From the NCBI GenBank assembly GCA_010909165.1, contig VJWM01000025.1, positions 3,038,001 through 3,102,000 of the forward strand: 64,000 nucleotides of DNA, written 5' to 3'. The position numbers were made by a program, and so were the translations under genes. How positions within the stretch are numbered: position 1 is the first letter of the stretch; each line of letters begins with the position of its first letter. This stretch comes from Anthoceros angustus. Lineage: Eukaryota; Plantae; Anthocerotophyta. Under the pieces are notes generated by a model. The model made no database searches and was not told where the DNA came from. It saw only the letters and a program-made list of their open reading frames with translations. Below, one piece after another: positions 36,321 to 49,000 of the stretch.

Positions 36321-37560
36321 CGGAAGCGGGAACCGGCGCGGGTGGCGATGGCTGCGTGCTGGCTGGCAGCAGGCCCAGCGGGCCAGCCCGAGGCCTCTCA
36401 GGCCGGGCCAGGACAAACCGCCAGTCAGTCGGTGGGTGGGCCAAGTGCACCTCAATCTCTCGCCGGTACCACCGAATCACATAAACAAAGCGCTGCGAAT
36501 TGGAGCGTCCGCCACATGGACCACTGATCACTTGGGATATGTTAGTTTATTGTCTTGATCGTTTTCGCATCCCACATCACTGCCCTCGTGCCTTGGATCG
36601 TCCTGAATCTCACATCGAGACTTTCAATTCCCCCGGCCCAGCGGCCCAGCGGGCGGGCGGCGGGTTGTTTTTCTGTCAGTCTTTTTTCTATGTCCGTCTA
36701 GACATACAAGCTCCAATCAGTCTGATAGCCGGGCCAGGGCACCACCTATTATTTTGATAAGCGAACCAACTCTCATAATAGGTAGACAATCTTTTAGTCA
36801 AAGGTCGGTACAATAACAGGCCGGTGGGGCTCCCGCTATAATTGAGGGAGGGCACCGGACGCGGTTACCAGCACTGACCGACAAGTGGGATGCAGTCCTG
36901 TGCCCAGTTCTAAGATTAGGACGCGGTCGGACTCACACGCTGGAAGGCTCACACTGGGCTGGAATACGGGACCACAGCGAGGCAAGGGCCGGCCACCGGA
37001 GGAGGGGGTGGGGGCCCAATTACACAGTGGAATTCTGTACTATACATACATCGATGCTGTGGCAAGCTTATCCACAACGAGACTCGAACCCAGCAGCGGG
37101 ACCGTGGCAGGAACCTGCTGCGGTGGAGAGTGGGGGTGTGGATGCCCACTAGGAACTGGGTAGCTGCCGTTCCTACTGCAGTAAGGTGCAATTGCACCAC
37201 TGCCACAACCAAAGAGTGCTCCTTCCTGTACAACATTTCTGTTACTCTCACTCCAGTCTCCGGCAACTGAGAGCTGCATATGGCAACAGCTCCGTCCTGC
37301 CCGGACGGCAACGGTCGCTGACAGATTCCAGTTTTGCTTCTGCACAAGCCCAGGCAGGCCCGGTCCTGAGCATGCAACGCAGCAAGCAAGAAGCCCGTTA
37401 GTTGTTGAGATGTCACAGGCAGAGATACTGACTTGCGGAGTTGATGATGTTGTCAAGGACGATGGTAGTAAAAGCGAGTGGGGAAAGGACAGAGTCGCCA
37501 ACCTTGGGTGCACAGGCCAGGGATTTGGTGGGAGGGGATTCCCAGGTACACACACCGTGA

Positions 37561-40500
37561 TTACCTGGGCTGCTTCTTCTTGGAGGGGCCTGGAGCTGAT
37601 GCTTGTGACCCGGAGGAGGACCACACACTGCTCACACCTTGTCTGGGCAGGAGAGGGGCAGGAGTGGTCAGGTTTCTTGAAGCTCTGCCAACAATAGCCA
37701 TAGCAGCTGCGCTGGGCGGGCCAGGCGGTGCAGGACTCCCTGTTGCTGTCCTTGCATGGAACCAGCGGTCTGGTCCATACTCAAAACCTCTGTGCTCATC
37801 GGCCTTATATCTGAAGCCTGTAGGCCTGTCCAAGTCCCCATGAGAAGAGATGCGCACATTGCCAGAACTACTCACAGGAATGTTGGTAGAAGGAGCACGG
37901 GCACTGGAAGTGGAGGGCCCTCCCCCTGCTGCTGGCCTAGCACTAGATTTTGAATTTGAAGGTTGGCAAGCAGGCAGAGCAGGGTTGGAAGGAAGCCACC
38001 TATTAATCCAAACTTGCGACACCTTGGTTCGTTCAGAGGGTCCCTCCTCCTTCTCTGCCTTGTTCTCAGACTCGGACCCAACTTCTGCTGCCACATCTGC
38101 CCTGCCTACCTGCAACTGGAAGCCCCGTGGCTTCTTGCAACTTTGATGGAGAGATCTACTTGAGATATAACTAGGTCCCGACGAATCTACCTCGTTCAGA
38201 ATGTTCCTCCTACCCTGCCTTGGAGCCCCTTCATTCCCACCACTACTTGGTCCTGGACCGGCCTCGCCCACATTGCCGCCACCCACCACACCCGTGTCCT
38301 TAAATGTGGAAACGTCCTGATCTGGTAGCCGAAATGGGGGCATGTCGGACTCACCTCTGGCCTGCAAACACAAGCAAGGAACTACTTTACTTCATCCTTC
38401 AACCCTGAAGCGTTTAAATCTCTGCATACTGCAAGTCCAAGCCACCTTTAAGAGGCAATACAGGAGGGGTTGAGCCCCCGCTGTCGCCAGACTTAGCAGT
38501 GTTCTGTCGACGAAAGGGCTGCCTGATGTGTGCAGGCACCCCTGGATGCTGCAGTGAAGCCAATCACAAACCAAACCAAAGCTCGGCAAAATCAGCCAAT
38601 CCACTATCGCCAAGACTTTCACAAAGACCGACCTCGATTCTACAACCCGCCAGCCTACGAAAAATCGCTTATATAAACCATGGGCACAAGCACTGATCAT
38701 GATGCATGAAACAGTGTGCATATCCTGAACGGCACAGCAACCCACAAGCTTCTCTCGTAGCTAAACACTTGACTCACGGAACTTTTCCAAGTACGAAACA
38801 GGAGTTTCAAGGTAAAATTCACCAGGACAGCCAAGCCTGCATACCTTAAATCTAATGTCCGCATTTGAGCCATCTGTATACAGGTCGCACAAATAACAGA
38901 AAGTGAATAACCAGGATGGAACCATCATCGTCATCTTCCATTTTGTAAAGGAAGATCACGATTCAAATTTTTGCACACGTCAACATAACAACATGATGCA
39001 TGCAGCCAAGACTTGAAAGATGGTAGTACCTTGGGCATGGCTCTGTGGAAGAGAGTGCTTCCGCGTGTCGAATGCAGAGCCTGAATCACTGGGTCGAGCC
39101 CCTCGGACCCATGCACTGCTAGATGGTCTGTTAGACAGGCCTGTACCAGAGCGGCGAGCAGGAAATCTGGAACCTGCGTCATCCTTTTGAAAGCCAGCAG
39201 ATGGGCCTTCAAACGGAGAGCTGGAAAAATGGGAAGACTGACTATGAAACTTGCTTCGAGTGTCAGCCGAAGCAGATTCTTTTCTCAAGGAGCGGGATGT
39301 ATCAGCACCGAAATCCTGGTCATTGCTCCTGAGGGCTTCTCCAGGTAAAGGTGGAGTCGCAAATGAAGGGCCTGCAGCCTTGGGTCCTGGAGGAGGACGC
39401 TTGGCAGCTGCAGTAAAAGATGAGGGAGTAGCTGAGGGAGAGGGGAATGGATCCAGCCTCCTAGATAAGGGCGGCCTTGCAGAGGACGGCGCACGCGAAG
39501 CATCATCCTGCGCATACTTGAAGGGACTGAAGATAGGTGTCAACGGAGGGGGCAGGTCTGCCCTTTCCTTTGACCCACTCCCTCCAGCTCTGAGCTCTTC
39601 CGAACAGTCCTGGGCGGGCTTGTAGGGTGCAAATAGGGGAGTGAGCAGGGAAGGCTGCTCCGCAATACCTTGCCACAGCTGGCTGAGAGTATCTGCATGG
39701 CGCTGCGAAGGTCGGGCAGCAGCCATGTCAGTCTCCTGGAACACCTCCTTCACCGGTCGCGCCCCTGCTGCTGCATCTAGGCCCAGGCCTAGGGTTGAGA
39801 CATCCATGCTACTGGCAGGCTCAAAGGTCTTCCCAGGCCTGCCTGAAGTGTCCGCCTGGCCCGGGCCCGGGCCCCCATAGTGGCCCTCAGACACGAACTT
39901 CTTGACAAAGGGAACAAACCCAAAAATGTGGCTCTCAGCTCCCCTACCCGCCCTGGGAGGCAGGCCCTCCGAGGCCACAGACAGCGATCTGGGCCCGCTC
40001 TTGACTTTGAACACATCCTTCCCCTGCCTGCTGGCCAGCATGGACTCGAGGAGCTGCCCGTTCCTGCGCTGCAGCCTCTCAGTCTCCTCCTCCTTGGTAA
40101 TATCAGACTTGAGCAGCTGGAAAGACGCCTTCCTCTCCGTCCTGGGCTTGAGAGCCGTCACCTCCCCCATGGCCTCCGCACTCTCCGCCACAGCAACAGC
40201 AATGGCAACAGCAGCCGGCGGCAGGCTCCCCTTCCCTGCAGCTGCGGAAGCAGCAGTAGCAGTGGCACTGAATGCAAACGAGCCTGCACCATTCCTGGCA
40301 CCAGCTACCGCAAAAGAGGCCCCTCCATTCCTAGCACCAGCAACGGCAACCCTCTTGGTCGGAGGACCCATAGAAGAAGGAGCGGCAGGAGTGGTGGGGC
40401 ACGGCGGGGCAGTGAGCCGGAAAGCCCCAAACCCATGGATTGCGGCCTCAGGAACCACATCATCCAGAATGGTATCCGCCGGAGGAAAGGTGAAGGGATG

Positions 40501-41492
40501 GCGGCCTTCCAGGTCCGCCTCAGCCGCCGGCCTCTTCCGCAGCTCCGCTCTCCCACCCCCACCTGCCTCCTTGGTGCAGGGCGAGAAAGTGACCCTCGGC
40601 GGCCTCTGGCCACACGGCACCCTGCTGCTGCTCGGGGACGGGCCTCTAATCCCATTCCTGGACCTGCTCCCAGCCCGCACGGCCTCCTCCCCATCCTCCC
40701 CCGCATCACCCTTGTCTCTCCTCCCCAAGCCGGAAGCGGGAGCGGAAGCGGAAGCGGAAGCAGAAGCGGAAGCAGCAGCAGCAGCAGCGGCGGCGGCGGC
40801 GGCCAGGCTCGCCGCACACGCCTGTCTGCGGCTGAGAATCACAGTGTCCGCAGCTCCCGCAGGCTGCTGGTGGCGCTGGCCGTCTCCGTGCCTCCAGCTC
40901 GCCACGGGACCACGCCCACCCCGTCGCCCCGGAGCCGGAGCCGGAGCCGGACGCAACAATGGCAGAAGCGAATCTACCCCGAATCCAACTCCATGGCCGC
41001 CAGTCCAGTGCTGGAACGAGAGTGGACAGGGGCAGCTGTTTCCGCAGCAGAAGAAGAAGGAGAGTCCGTGGCCAGGGCTCCCTTGAGGCGCATGATCCAG
41101 GACGACTTGAGCGCAGCACTGGCAGGCCCGGAGCGGGGTCCAGGAGGCGCGTTGGTGGTGAAATTGGAGGCGGGCGCGGACAAGGAGCCGGCCTGCACGC
41201 TAAGGGCAGCGGCTTGAAGAAGGTGACAGCGGCCGAGGCGACGGCCGTAGCACCCCGGCCACCAGCGCGCCCAGGCCCGTCTTGCTGCTGGCGCCGGCGC
41301 TGGCCCCGCCGCCGCCGCCGCCGCCGCTGCTGCTTCTGATGCCGCCCCTCCCTGCCTGCGCCCCTCATCCGCCGCACGTGCTGCAGCATCCAGCGCCGCG
41401 CTCCTGGCCGTCTCCATGCACCTGGGAACCCGCCCTCGCGTCGGGGCCGGGGCCGCCCCCCCTCCTCCCGCCCTCACTCCATCCCGCGGCAT
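37561..41492 (-). CDS. PCH1: PCH1/PCHL-like (At2g16365-like) low-complexity protein; about 3 exons; start and splice sites approximate
   Basis: Short motifs in PCH1 order: AWARWW, SSWIMRLK, PASSMDV, SSAWVR, SQVWINRWL, and C-terminal PPSAAAMAIVGRASR...SSVWS (cf. HPWIQRWC and PSIAAMALMGKAL...MVWN). A putative intron at 40977-40832 joins ORFs 40974-41567 and 38980-40959 in frame; a second intron runs about 39029-38322. Confidence 0.6.
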
Positions 41493-41832
41493 TGCCAGCC
41501 GCAGGGCCGCTCCCCCATGCCCAGCCACCGCCACTGCCCTCCGCCCCCTGCTACCCAGCCACAGCATGCACTCCCTCCACTCCCCACCCCAGCCTCGCGA
41601 TCCGGAGCCCCGAGCGCCCGAGTGCCAGCACCTCCTTCACGTCCTCCTCCCCTTCACGCTCCGCCTCCTTCTGCAACCTCCACCTTCTTCACGCTCCGTG
41701 TCGCCGTCCTGGGGGCGGCATCGCCGAGCACATCTCATCGTCACAAGAGCGCAGCCAGGCACGAGCAGCAAAGCCACTGACAACGCGGAAAAGCTGAAGG
41801 AAAAGGAAAAGGAAAAGAAAAAGCATCACCCC

Positions 41833-41890
41833 GAACCGAACCCGAACCCGCGCCCGAACCCGCCCCCGCACCCGCACCCGCACCCGCACT
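41833..41890. repeat. Hexamer microsatellite (CCCGAA/CCCGCA)n; nearby (GCGTATCC)n at 42152-42181 and (TTC)n at 42366-42430
   Basis: Direct reading of the sequence. Confidence 0.8.
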
Positions 41891-43034
41891 GGCACTTAAA
41901 ACTCAGGCCCGCGAATGGAATGGAATCGCTCGCGCTTCGCTTACTCCAATTAGAAATAGAAATTAGACTGCTAGTCGGTTGTCGATATGGCGAGCTATCT
42001 GCATACCCAAATTCGCGGACGCCGGATTCCATGTCCCACCCAATTACCAACACCAATACCCAACGCTCACGTCGCCAATCATTTGCTATGCCATCGCTAT
42101 TACATGCAATGGAAACACATGTACATATATGTACATACGTACGTTCCCCTATCCGCGTATCCGCGTATCCGCGTATCCGCGGCCACCCCAAAGGCTAAAT
42201 GGACACACATTTATGACAACACCGCCCTTCAGCATCTTGCGCTTAGATGGGTACTTAGAAGCGGGTTGCCTGGAGGGAGTGGATGTCCTTTGTGCAACGG
42301 GTAGCTTAGGCCCACCATGGTACAAGTTGGGAAAATGCCGTCCAAGTGGACTATGATACACTTCTGCTTCTTCATTCTTCTTTTTCTTCATTTCTTCTTC
42401 TTTTCTTCTTCATTCTTCTTCATTCTTCTTGTGAGCTCGGAGGCTCTGAGCGGGGAGAATGACATCCCTCCTCGTGCGTACCCAACAAAGCCCAGCTAGT
42501 CTATTGCCTAGATACATCTCGTGTCATCAACATTCCTGCTGACTGCTTCGTCTGACTGCTGTTGCTGCATGACGAAATGTACATGGCGGGCGGGGTGGAC
42601 CAGCCCAGGCCCAGGCGGGCCAGGCCGGCCAGGCGGGCCAGGCCCACCGGCTTGGCCTAACGCGGCCTAATAAAATCAGGGTCGGGGGGAACGCGGTGTT
42701 ACGCGTGCTAGAATCAAGGAGGGAAGGCGCAGGTGGCGCAGCGCTGTCGTACCACATGCGACCGCCTGGCCCAGCACGCTGCGCGGTGCGGGGCCCGCCG
42801 TTAATGGAGCCCTGTTGTCTGCCCTACGTGTGCATGACGCTCATTGGCCAACTTGCTAGCGCTACCACACATCCGTGCCCAACTTGACGCGTCCGCGTTC
42901 ACCACAAAGGCAACTTAGCAAAATATCGGGCCCAGCCGCCCACCCCAGACCCAGACCTCGCAACACTCGGATGCCAGGCCATGTATGTATGTTCGTACGT
43001 AGACTACTAGGTAGGTACTGTGTACTGCGTGCCG

Positions 43035-46000
43035 TCACGCGCTTCCCTCTAGAGCCAGCTGGGAGAGAATACGGGGCTTGAGAGAGTGGACTAGTCGCTG
43101 CAAGTGCTGCGTGCTGCGACCCGCTCGTTCCTGTTAAAACACCACACCCACCAGCAGCGTCCATGTTAAGTGACATGGGAGGAAAGGGGATGTCGGGCAG
43201 GGACAGGCGTTGTCGGGTGATGGAGATGGCGTACCTCGGTGATGGCGCCCAGCGCGTCGAATACGGGGAGCAGGCGGTCCATCAGGTTGCTCACCTCCGC
43301 CTTGCTGCCCAGCGCCTTCTCCGTGTCGTCTGCGGATTTGAAGCTTGCGTCCAGTTTCCCGCGTGACAGCCTGGGGGAGTGGTCGCAGCGGACGGGGTCA
43401 GGGGGCGGCAACTTGTGTGGGAGAGATGAATGCAGGGCAGGGCAGGGCAGTGGGGGGTCACTTGCTAACCTCTTCTCCAAGTGGATGTACAAGATCTCTA
43501 GGCTGTGTTCCACCATGTATAGGAGGGACGTGACCAAACTGTCCTTCACCCCGGCAGCACTGCACATCTCAATCATGGCCAAGAACCTCCTGTGCAACCG
43601 GAACACGACGTGCTTCAGTTTTACGACGTCACCACAGTGCAGGTCTGAGGAGCACCCTGTGACGGCGCTGCTTACCTTTTGCGGAGGGTGTCTCCTGCGT
43701 CTGCCTCCTCCTGCCTGCCGTAGGCCTTGATGATGAGGTCTACTTCGTGCCTTGACAACTCATTTACATCTTCCAGCTGCACAGAGGAGGAAAATGAATA
43801 ACAGAGGGAGGGAGACTGAAACTGAAACCCTTTCACAGCAAGTAACACAGAAGATGGATATTCAATGGATCCCTCACCTTGGCCAGAAGCAATGTCTTCT
43901 CCTCCAGAGCAGACTCCAAATCCACGGTGGACTGGTGTAGCAGTTCGCTCACCAGCTTCAGCGTGGGTTGCCTCTGCCTTCCGAGGTTGTATTGTGCCGC
44001 AGTAATCTTCGGTTCAGGAACCTGTCGGCCGCCCGGGAAGGAAAAGGATACATCAATCATCTACGCTATCCAATAACATGTATCAGATTACCGGATGAAG
44101 AACGGGACTTACGTCTGGCCTGCTAATATGCAATCGGAGCCCTTGCTTGGCCACCATAGAGTAGAGGAATGTTATCAGGTTGCACCTAATTCTTGCTACC
44201 AACAGCTCCATCTTGTGTACACCCTGCCACATGACAAGACCCTTTCATGAGATGCACCAGCCTAAAAGCACCACTCAGTACACCTCGAGTCAAATCTACC
44301 TCTCGATCCGCTGCTGTCAGGTCTGGGTTCCTTTCAGTATATCGGATGTGCTTGACGACTTCGCTCCGTGTCTCTGAATCGGGAGAGAAGTATACATAGG
44401 CGAGGTTGAAGAGACCCTGGGTGAACCCAAAATCTGAAGACTCCGCAAGTGGCCAGACCTGCATCAAAACAAAAGCACTTGGTCAGGAGTGGAGCGGATC
44501 AGTAAGGAATGGGTGAAGCGAAAAAAAACATACCCACGGACATACCTTTGCCAATATGGCTGTAACCAGATGAACTTCCTCCACATCAGCGAGTTCCACC
44601 CCTTGAACATCATGCCTCAGGATTCGCTCCAACAATCCTTGGTGTACCTTACAGAACTCCAAAATCTCCAGCGCCACCTCGTCTTGTCCCTGGAAAGATA
44701 TAGGTCCACAGGTTGGGTAAATGCCATCAAGAGTAGACACGTCTCTCTGACTCGTGCAAATCATCGACCGGGTCCGCCGGTATCCTGTGGAAACGCCACC
44801 CCGAAAGAAAAAAGGAGCAGAACTGGCTGCCTGGGATGGAATACACAGTAGCAAATCAAAAGCTTACTTTCTCAATAGTGGCGGAGGCGTCAACAAGCGA
44901 AGTGAAGCATAACACAAGACGAAGAACCGGAGCCACAATTTGATGTTGCCTGTCATGCTGTGATGGCAGCCCAATGCCAATTTTCACAGTTTGCTCCCGC
45001 TTACCTTCCTGACAAACAATTTATCCCACGCCATTATCGCATGCTTGAGGCAATATATACAACATTATAGGCCCAAGTCCCTGGCCATCTACCAACTCTA
45101 GATTTAAGAGTAAATTCGACAGTCAGATGTAAAAGACAAGAAACTCTGGGGTTTCTCTCTTACCGTCAACTGGACATCTATGGCTCGGCAGGCCGACAGG
45201 CTCCTCAAAGCACCCATGGCGAAGAGTGCTTGTGTTCCACGTTTTTTCGAGTTGTAGCTAACTCGCAAAAGTAGAGCCAGTTCCGCTTCAACTGTATACA
45301 GGCGTCGCACTGAATCGGGGGATGGTATGAGAATCGCCTGTCGTCAACATAACATGCCCCATGCTTTCTCATATTAGATTAGCCCAGACAACTCAGAGGC
45401 ACAACGTCGAAATCCCTTTACACCTCAAGCTTACTCTAGCTGTTGCAAGCATAACAACATTTCGAAGAGAAAACCTAGCTCAGAATGGACGCTAGCGATA
45501 TGTTTAGCAAATGCAACACGCTGAGCCCCAAAAAAACACACCTAAATGCGAAGACAGAAAAACAGATAGCCCTGTCGCACCTGGTACGAGTTGGAGCTAA
45601 CATCAGCAAGACATGATTGCAGCAAGCCACGACTCTGAAGTTGGCTTAAAAAAACTTGTTGCCGATCTGCCGCTATTAAGGCATCAAGGACATAAAATGC
45701 AATAGCCTTGCCCACTTCAGTACCATGCATCGCATCCCTTGCTACCTGTGAGGCCAGTCGAATTAAGGAAGGCCCAGTAGTAAGAAACCACACTCGACAC
45801 CAAGCATCTTGAAGAGAACTCATCTGCTACGACAATGGATTCAATCATTTTAAAGAGCGTGGCACATGCACCACACATACTAACATACCACATCGACAAG
45901 TGCCGTTGCTTCTTGTTTGAGAATTGTGAAGTTCCCTTGGGCTAGCTCTGTTTGCTCTCGGTCAAGCTGAACATTCCAAAATATTTTCATGACTCTCAAA

Positions 46001-49000
46001 GTGATGCGTTCTCAGCAATAAACTATTCAAGCAACAGAAAGACTTCGCTCCCAGCAATGGAATGACTTGCTGTCTACCTTTTCAATCTCGGCATCCTCCT
46101 CTCCTTCGCGCCCATTCATCAGGAGGGTTTGCATCACAGACACAGGGAGATCATGATTTACCATCCCTTGTGAATAACGGAAGTACCTTACCAGTGTCGC
46201 ATACTGCCTGAACAAGCCAACATAAGAGATTCTGTCAGGAGAGGCAACTAACAGTACTAGTCTCAACTGGATACCACAAAATTTACATGGAACTTACCGC
46301 CTGCGCAGATTTTCAGATGATTCAGGACGCAGAATTGCAGCAATCAGTTTTGACAGTATAGTATGACATGCACTGTTGGAAAGGCGCACAGTTGATAAAA
46401 GATCAAGGTATGTGACATCATCTGTGCTTTCACCCTCTCCAGGAGATACAATACTGAGCTCTTGCAGCTTTGCCATGGCTGTCAGGACCAACTGCAAGTT
46501 CAAAACATCATTGAGACTAATGCACAACAAATTTTTCTGCTCACGGCCAACAAAAACTAATCCGTGCAACTACAGGGCACCATGCATCTAGGAATCAGCT
46601 TTCACCTGGCAAAGGGTGGAAGCCATTCGCAGTGAGCAATCTGATGATACGGTTGCGCTTAATGCCGCATCCAGTATTCTGCAAAAGAGACGAGACAATC
46701 AGTCTTCAGAGCAGTTATCTTGACAGCAAGAGCTGCAGCCAAGACAACTTACTCAAACAGAATTTGTGGTCGACTGCCCAGAAACTCAAATCTTCTTGAA
46801 ATGGCCACCTGTCAGGAATGGCAGCAAATGAATCCTTCATACACCTGGGAGTCCAGAACTAAGGCACCATTTGGTCACGTACCACCATCACAGCAACGGT
46901 GTTACTCACCTCAACTAGCTGGGTCCACCCAACTAGCATATGCACTTGCGCTGCCTGCTCTTCAAGATTGATATTCCTCTTCCAGGCCCATCTGATGAAT
47001 TGCTTCACTGCTTCTCTCAACTCTGCTTGCCGGTGCCCATTAGCCAGAATATTGTGGTGCAATTCAAGCCTCTTGTACTCCTGACAGTTCCGCGAATGCA
47101 TTACACATAGAGTCACAAGCTTAAGGTGCAAAGAAAAGAATAGACACCAACCTGCCACAAGCTATCTCTTAGTGCAGTAATATCAATCAGTCGGTCCCCC
47201 CTCTCAGACAATCGATATACACCACCCATGTCCACTGTCGATGTATTGCTAAGCAACTCATCCACCTGCACAAATTATATCAAGCCACAAGTCAGCACAG
47301 CATTGTCAATGGATTCTTGACACTTAAAAGTCCCACCAAGATCCTTCCTACCGAATCATACCTTGAGATCGTCTTTCAAGCCCTGCAATTCTGGTGGAAA
47401 TTCTGTATCAATCTCAGGCAGCTGGAACATAACAATGTCAAGCAACTCCAATACCTGCAAAGACGACCACCTTAAGATGAAAGGCCACGAGACCCTTCAA
47501 GCTGCTAGAGCAACATGTCATTAACTCGTATCAGGCATCAGTATCAGGCATTGCCAGAAAACTGGAGTTTTTCCTTTAACCACGCCCTCAGGGAGAGCAG
47601 CAGCACTTGTTTGTAGCTCTGCAACGAAAAATCAGGTATCCAGACCTACCTTGATCTTCAAAATAACGTCAGAGGATGAATATGTGAGCCTCAGAGGCAC
47701 CACGGACGAGAGAATGCCATTCTCAAATCCAGGCAGGTCCCGCAAAAACAAATGGGCTAATACACGTCGGCAGCTTTCACGATGTATAGCCACATCAGTA
47801 TCAGCCAAATGAAGCTCCAGGGCAACAAGTTTAAGCAACCAGGCTCTCTGCGAAAAATGTTAAAGGTTTAATGAGAGCAGATGTCTTCCAGGTTGCAAAC
47901 CAACTGGAAGCCTATCAGACCACCAAGCTAAGAATACCTGCTGCAGATTGCTCACGCGAAATGCCTGATCGTCACTCCGGCCAGGGAGGGAGGCAGACGC
48001 GAAACTATCAAGATGCTGCAAGATGCACATTATGACCACATGGCCCGAAGTCAACCAAAGGAAACGGCGGGAGGACTCACTAGGAGGACAGGATTGTAAG
48101 TTACTTTTGAAAAGAAATCATATTTCTCTGAGCGTAAGAGGTCCACAGTTGCTCCACTTGTTACTGGATCCATGCAGAGCTCATACAGCAACTGCCAAAC
48201 CAAACAATCTACCAACTGATTAAAATCCACTAAGTTTCAAAAAGCAAAGCAACAACTGATAACGTCAAGACCTCCAGGTCATTCACTTTGAGGATCTGAA
48301 TCAAATCAAAAAAAAAAAAAAAAACAGGTTATAAAGATTACCTGAAACCCAAGCTCATGGAGTATATAATTTACTTCAGGCCTTGATAAGGTATCAAGCA
48401 TGTCTAGTACCACGCGTAAACAGCTGCGTTGTGAAATTGGATATGAGTACATGGTCAACCCACAACGACTAAGTGACCAAATCAAATGAGACCCTGCACC
48501 TGTACTGGCGCTTTGGCTCCAGTACACTCCTAGAGGGTTGGTCGACATCAAATCCAAGTAGCAAAAGTGTTATGTTGAGGTTAGACCCATTTAAGTTCTC
48601 AATTAAAAGCTGCAGAACAACAAAAGGGTAGACATTAAAATCAGCCCAGGAAACGAAGTCTGGATTCGAGAAATAGGAGGAAATAACTTAAATTTTTGCT
48701 AGCATATGACTCACCCTAAGAATCAGGGAACCAGTGTCATCCTCAGAGCTTTCTGCAGCATTCAAATCCTGAATGCGTGCCTCCAGACAGGCTGCACAGT
48801 CTTCTACAAGATATGATGCAGCACCTGCTTCCAGGATAATGGGTACCAGCTGTGGGATACGTGCACTACAATACCAATACAATTCAGCTCAAGATTCACC
48901 CTAAACACGATTTGGCTCAAGCATGTGAAAAAACATCCCACACAAAACTATGTGCTCCGCAGGACCAGTGAAAATGCCATAGGAAAGCTCCACTACAACC

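Noticed and set aside
35055-36558. Several long overlapping ORFs around IQM exon 1
   Set aside because: GC-rich microsatellite sequence lacks stops; the translations are low-complexity.
39880-41797. Long plus-strand ORFs (445, 394 and 171 aa) opposite the PCH1-like gene
   Set aside because: Antisense products of GC-rich, Ala-rich coding sequence.
44044-44051. GTATCCTT (U12-type donor consensus) on the minus strand in NUP205
   Set aside because: It lies in the pyrimidine tract of an ordinary GT-AG intron; the flanking exons (GVHKMELL...ISRPD and VPEPKITAA) already join through a GTAAGT donor.
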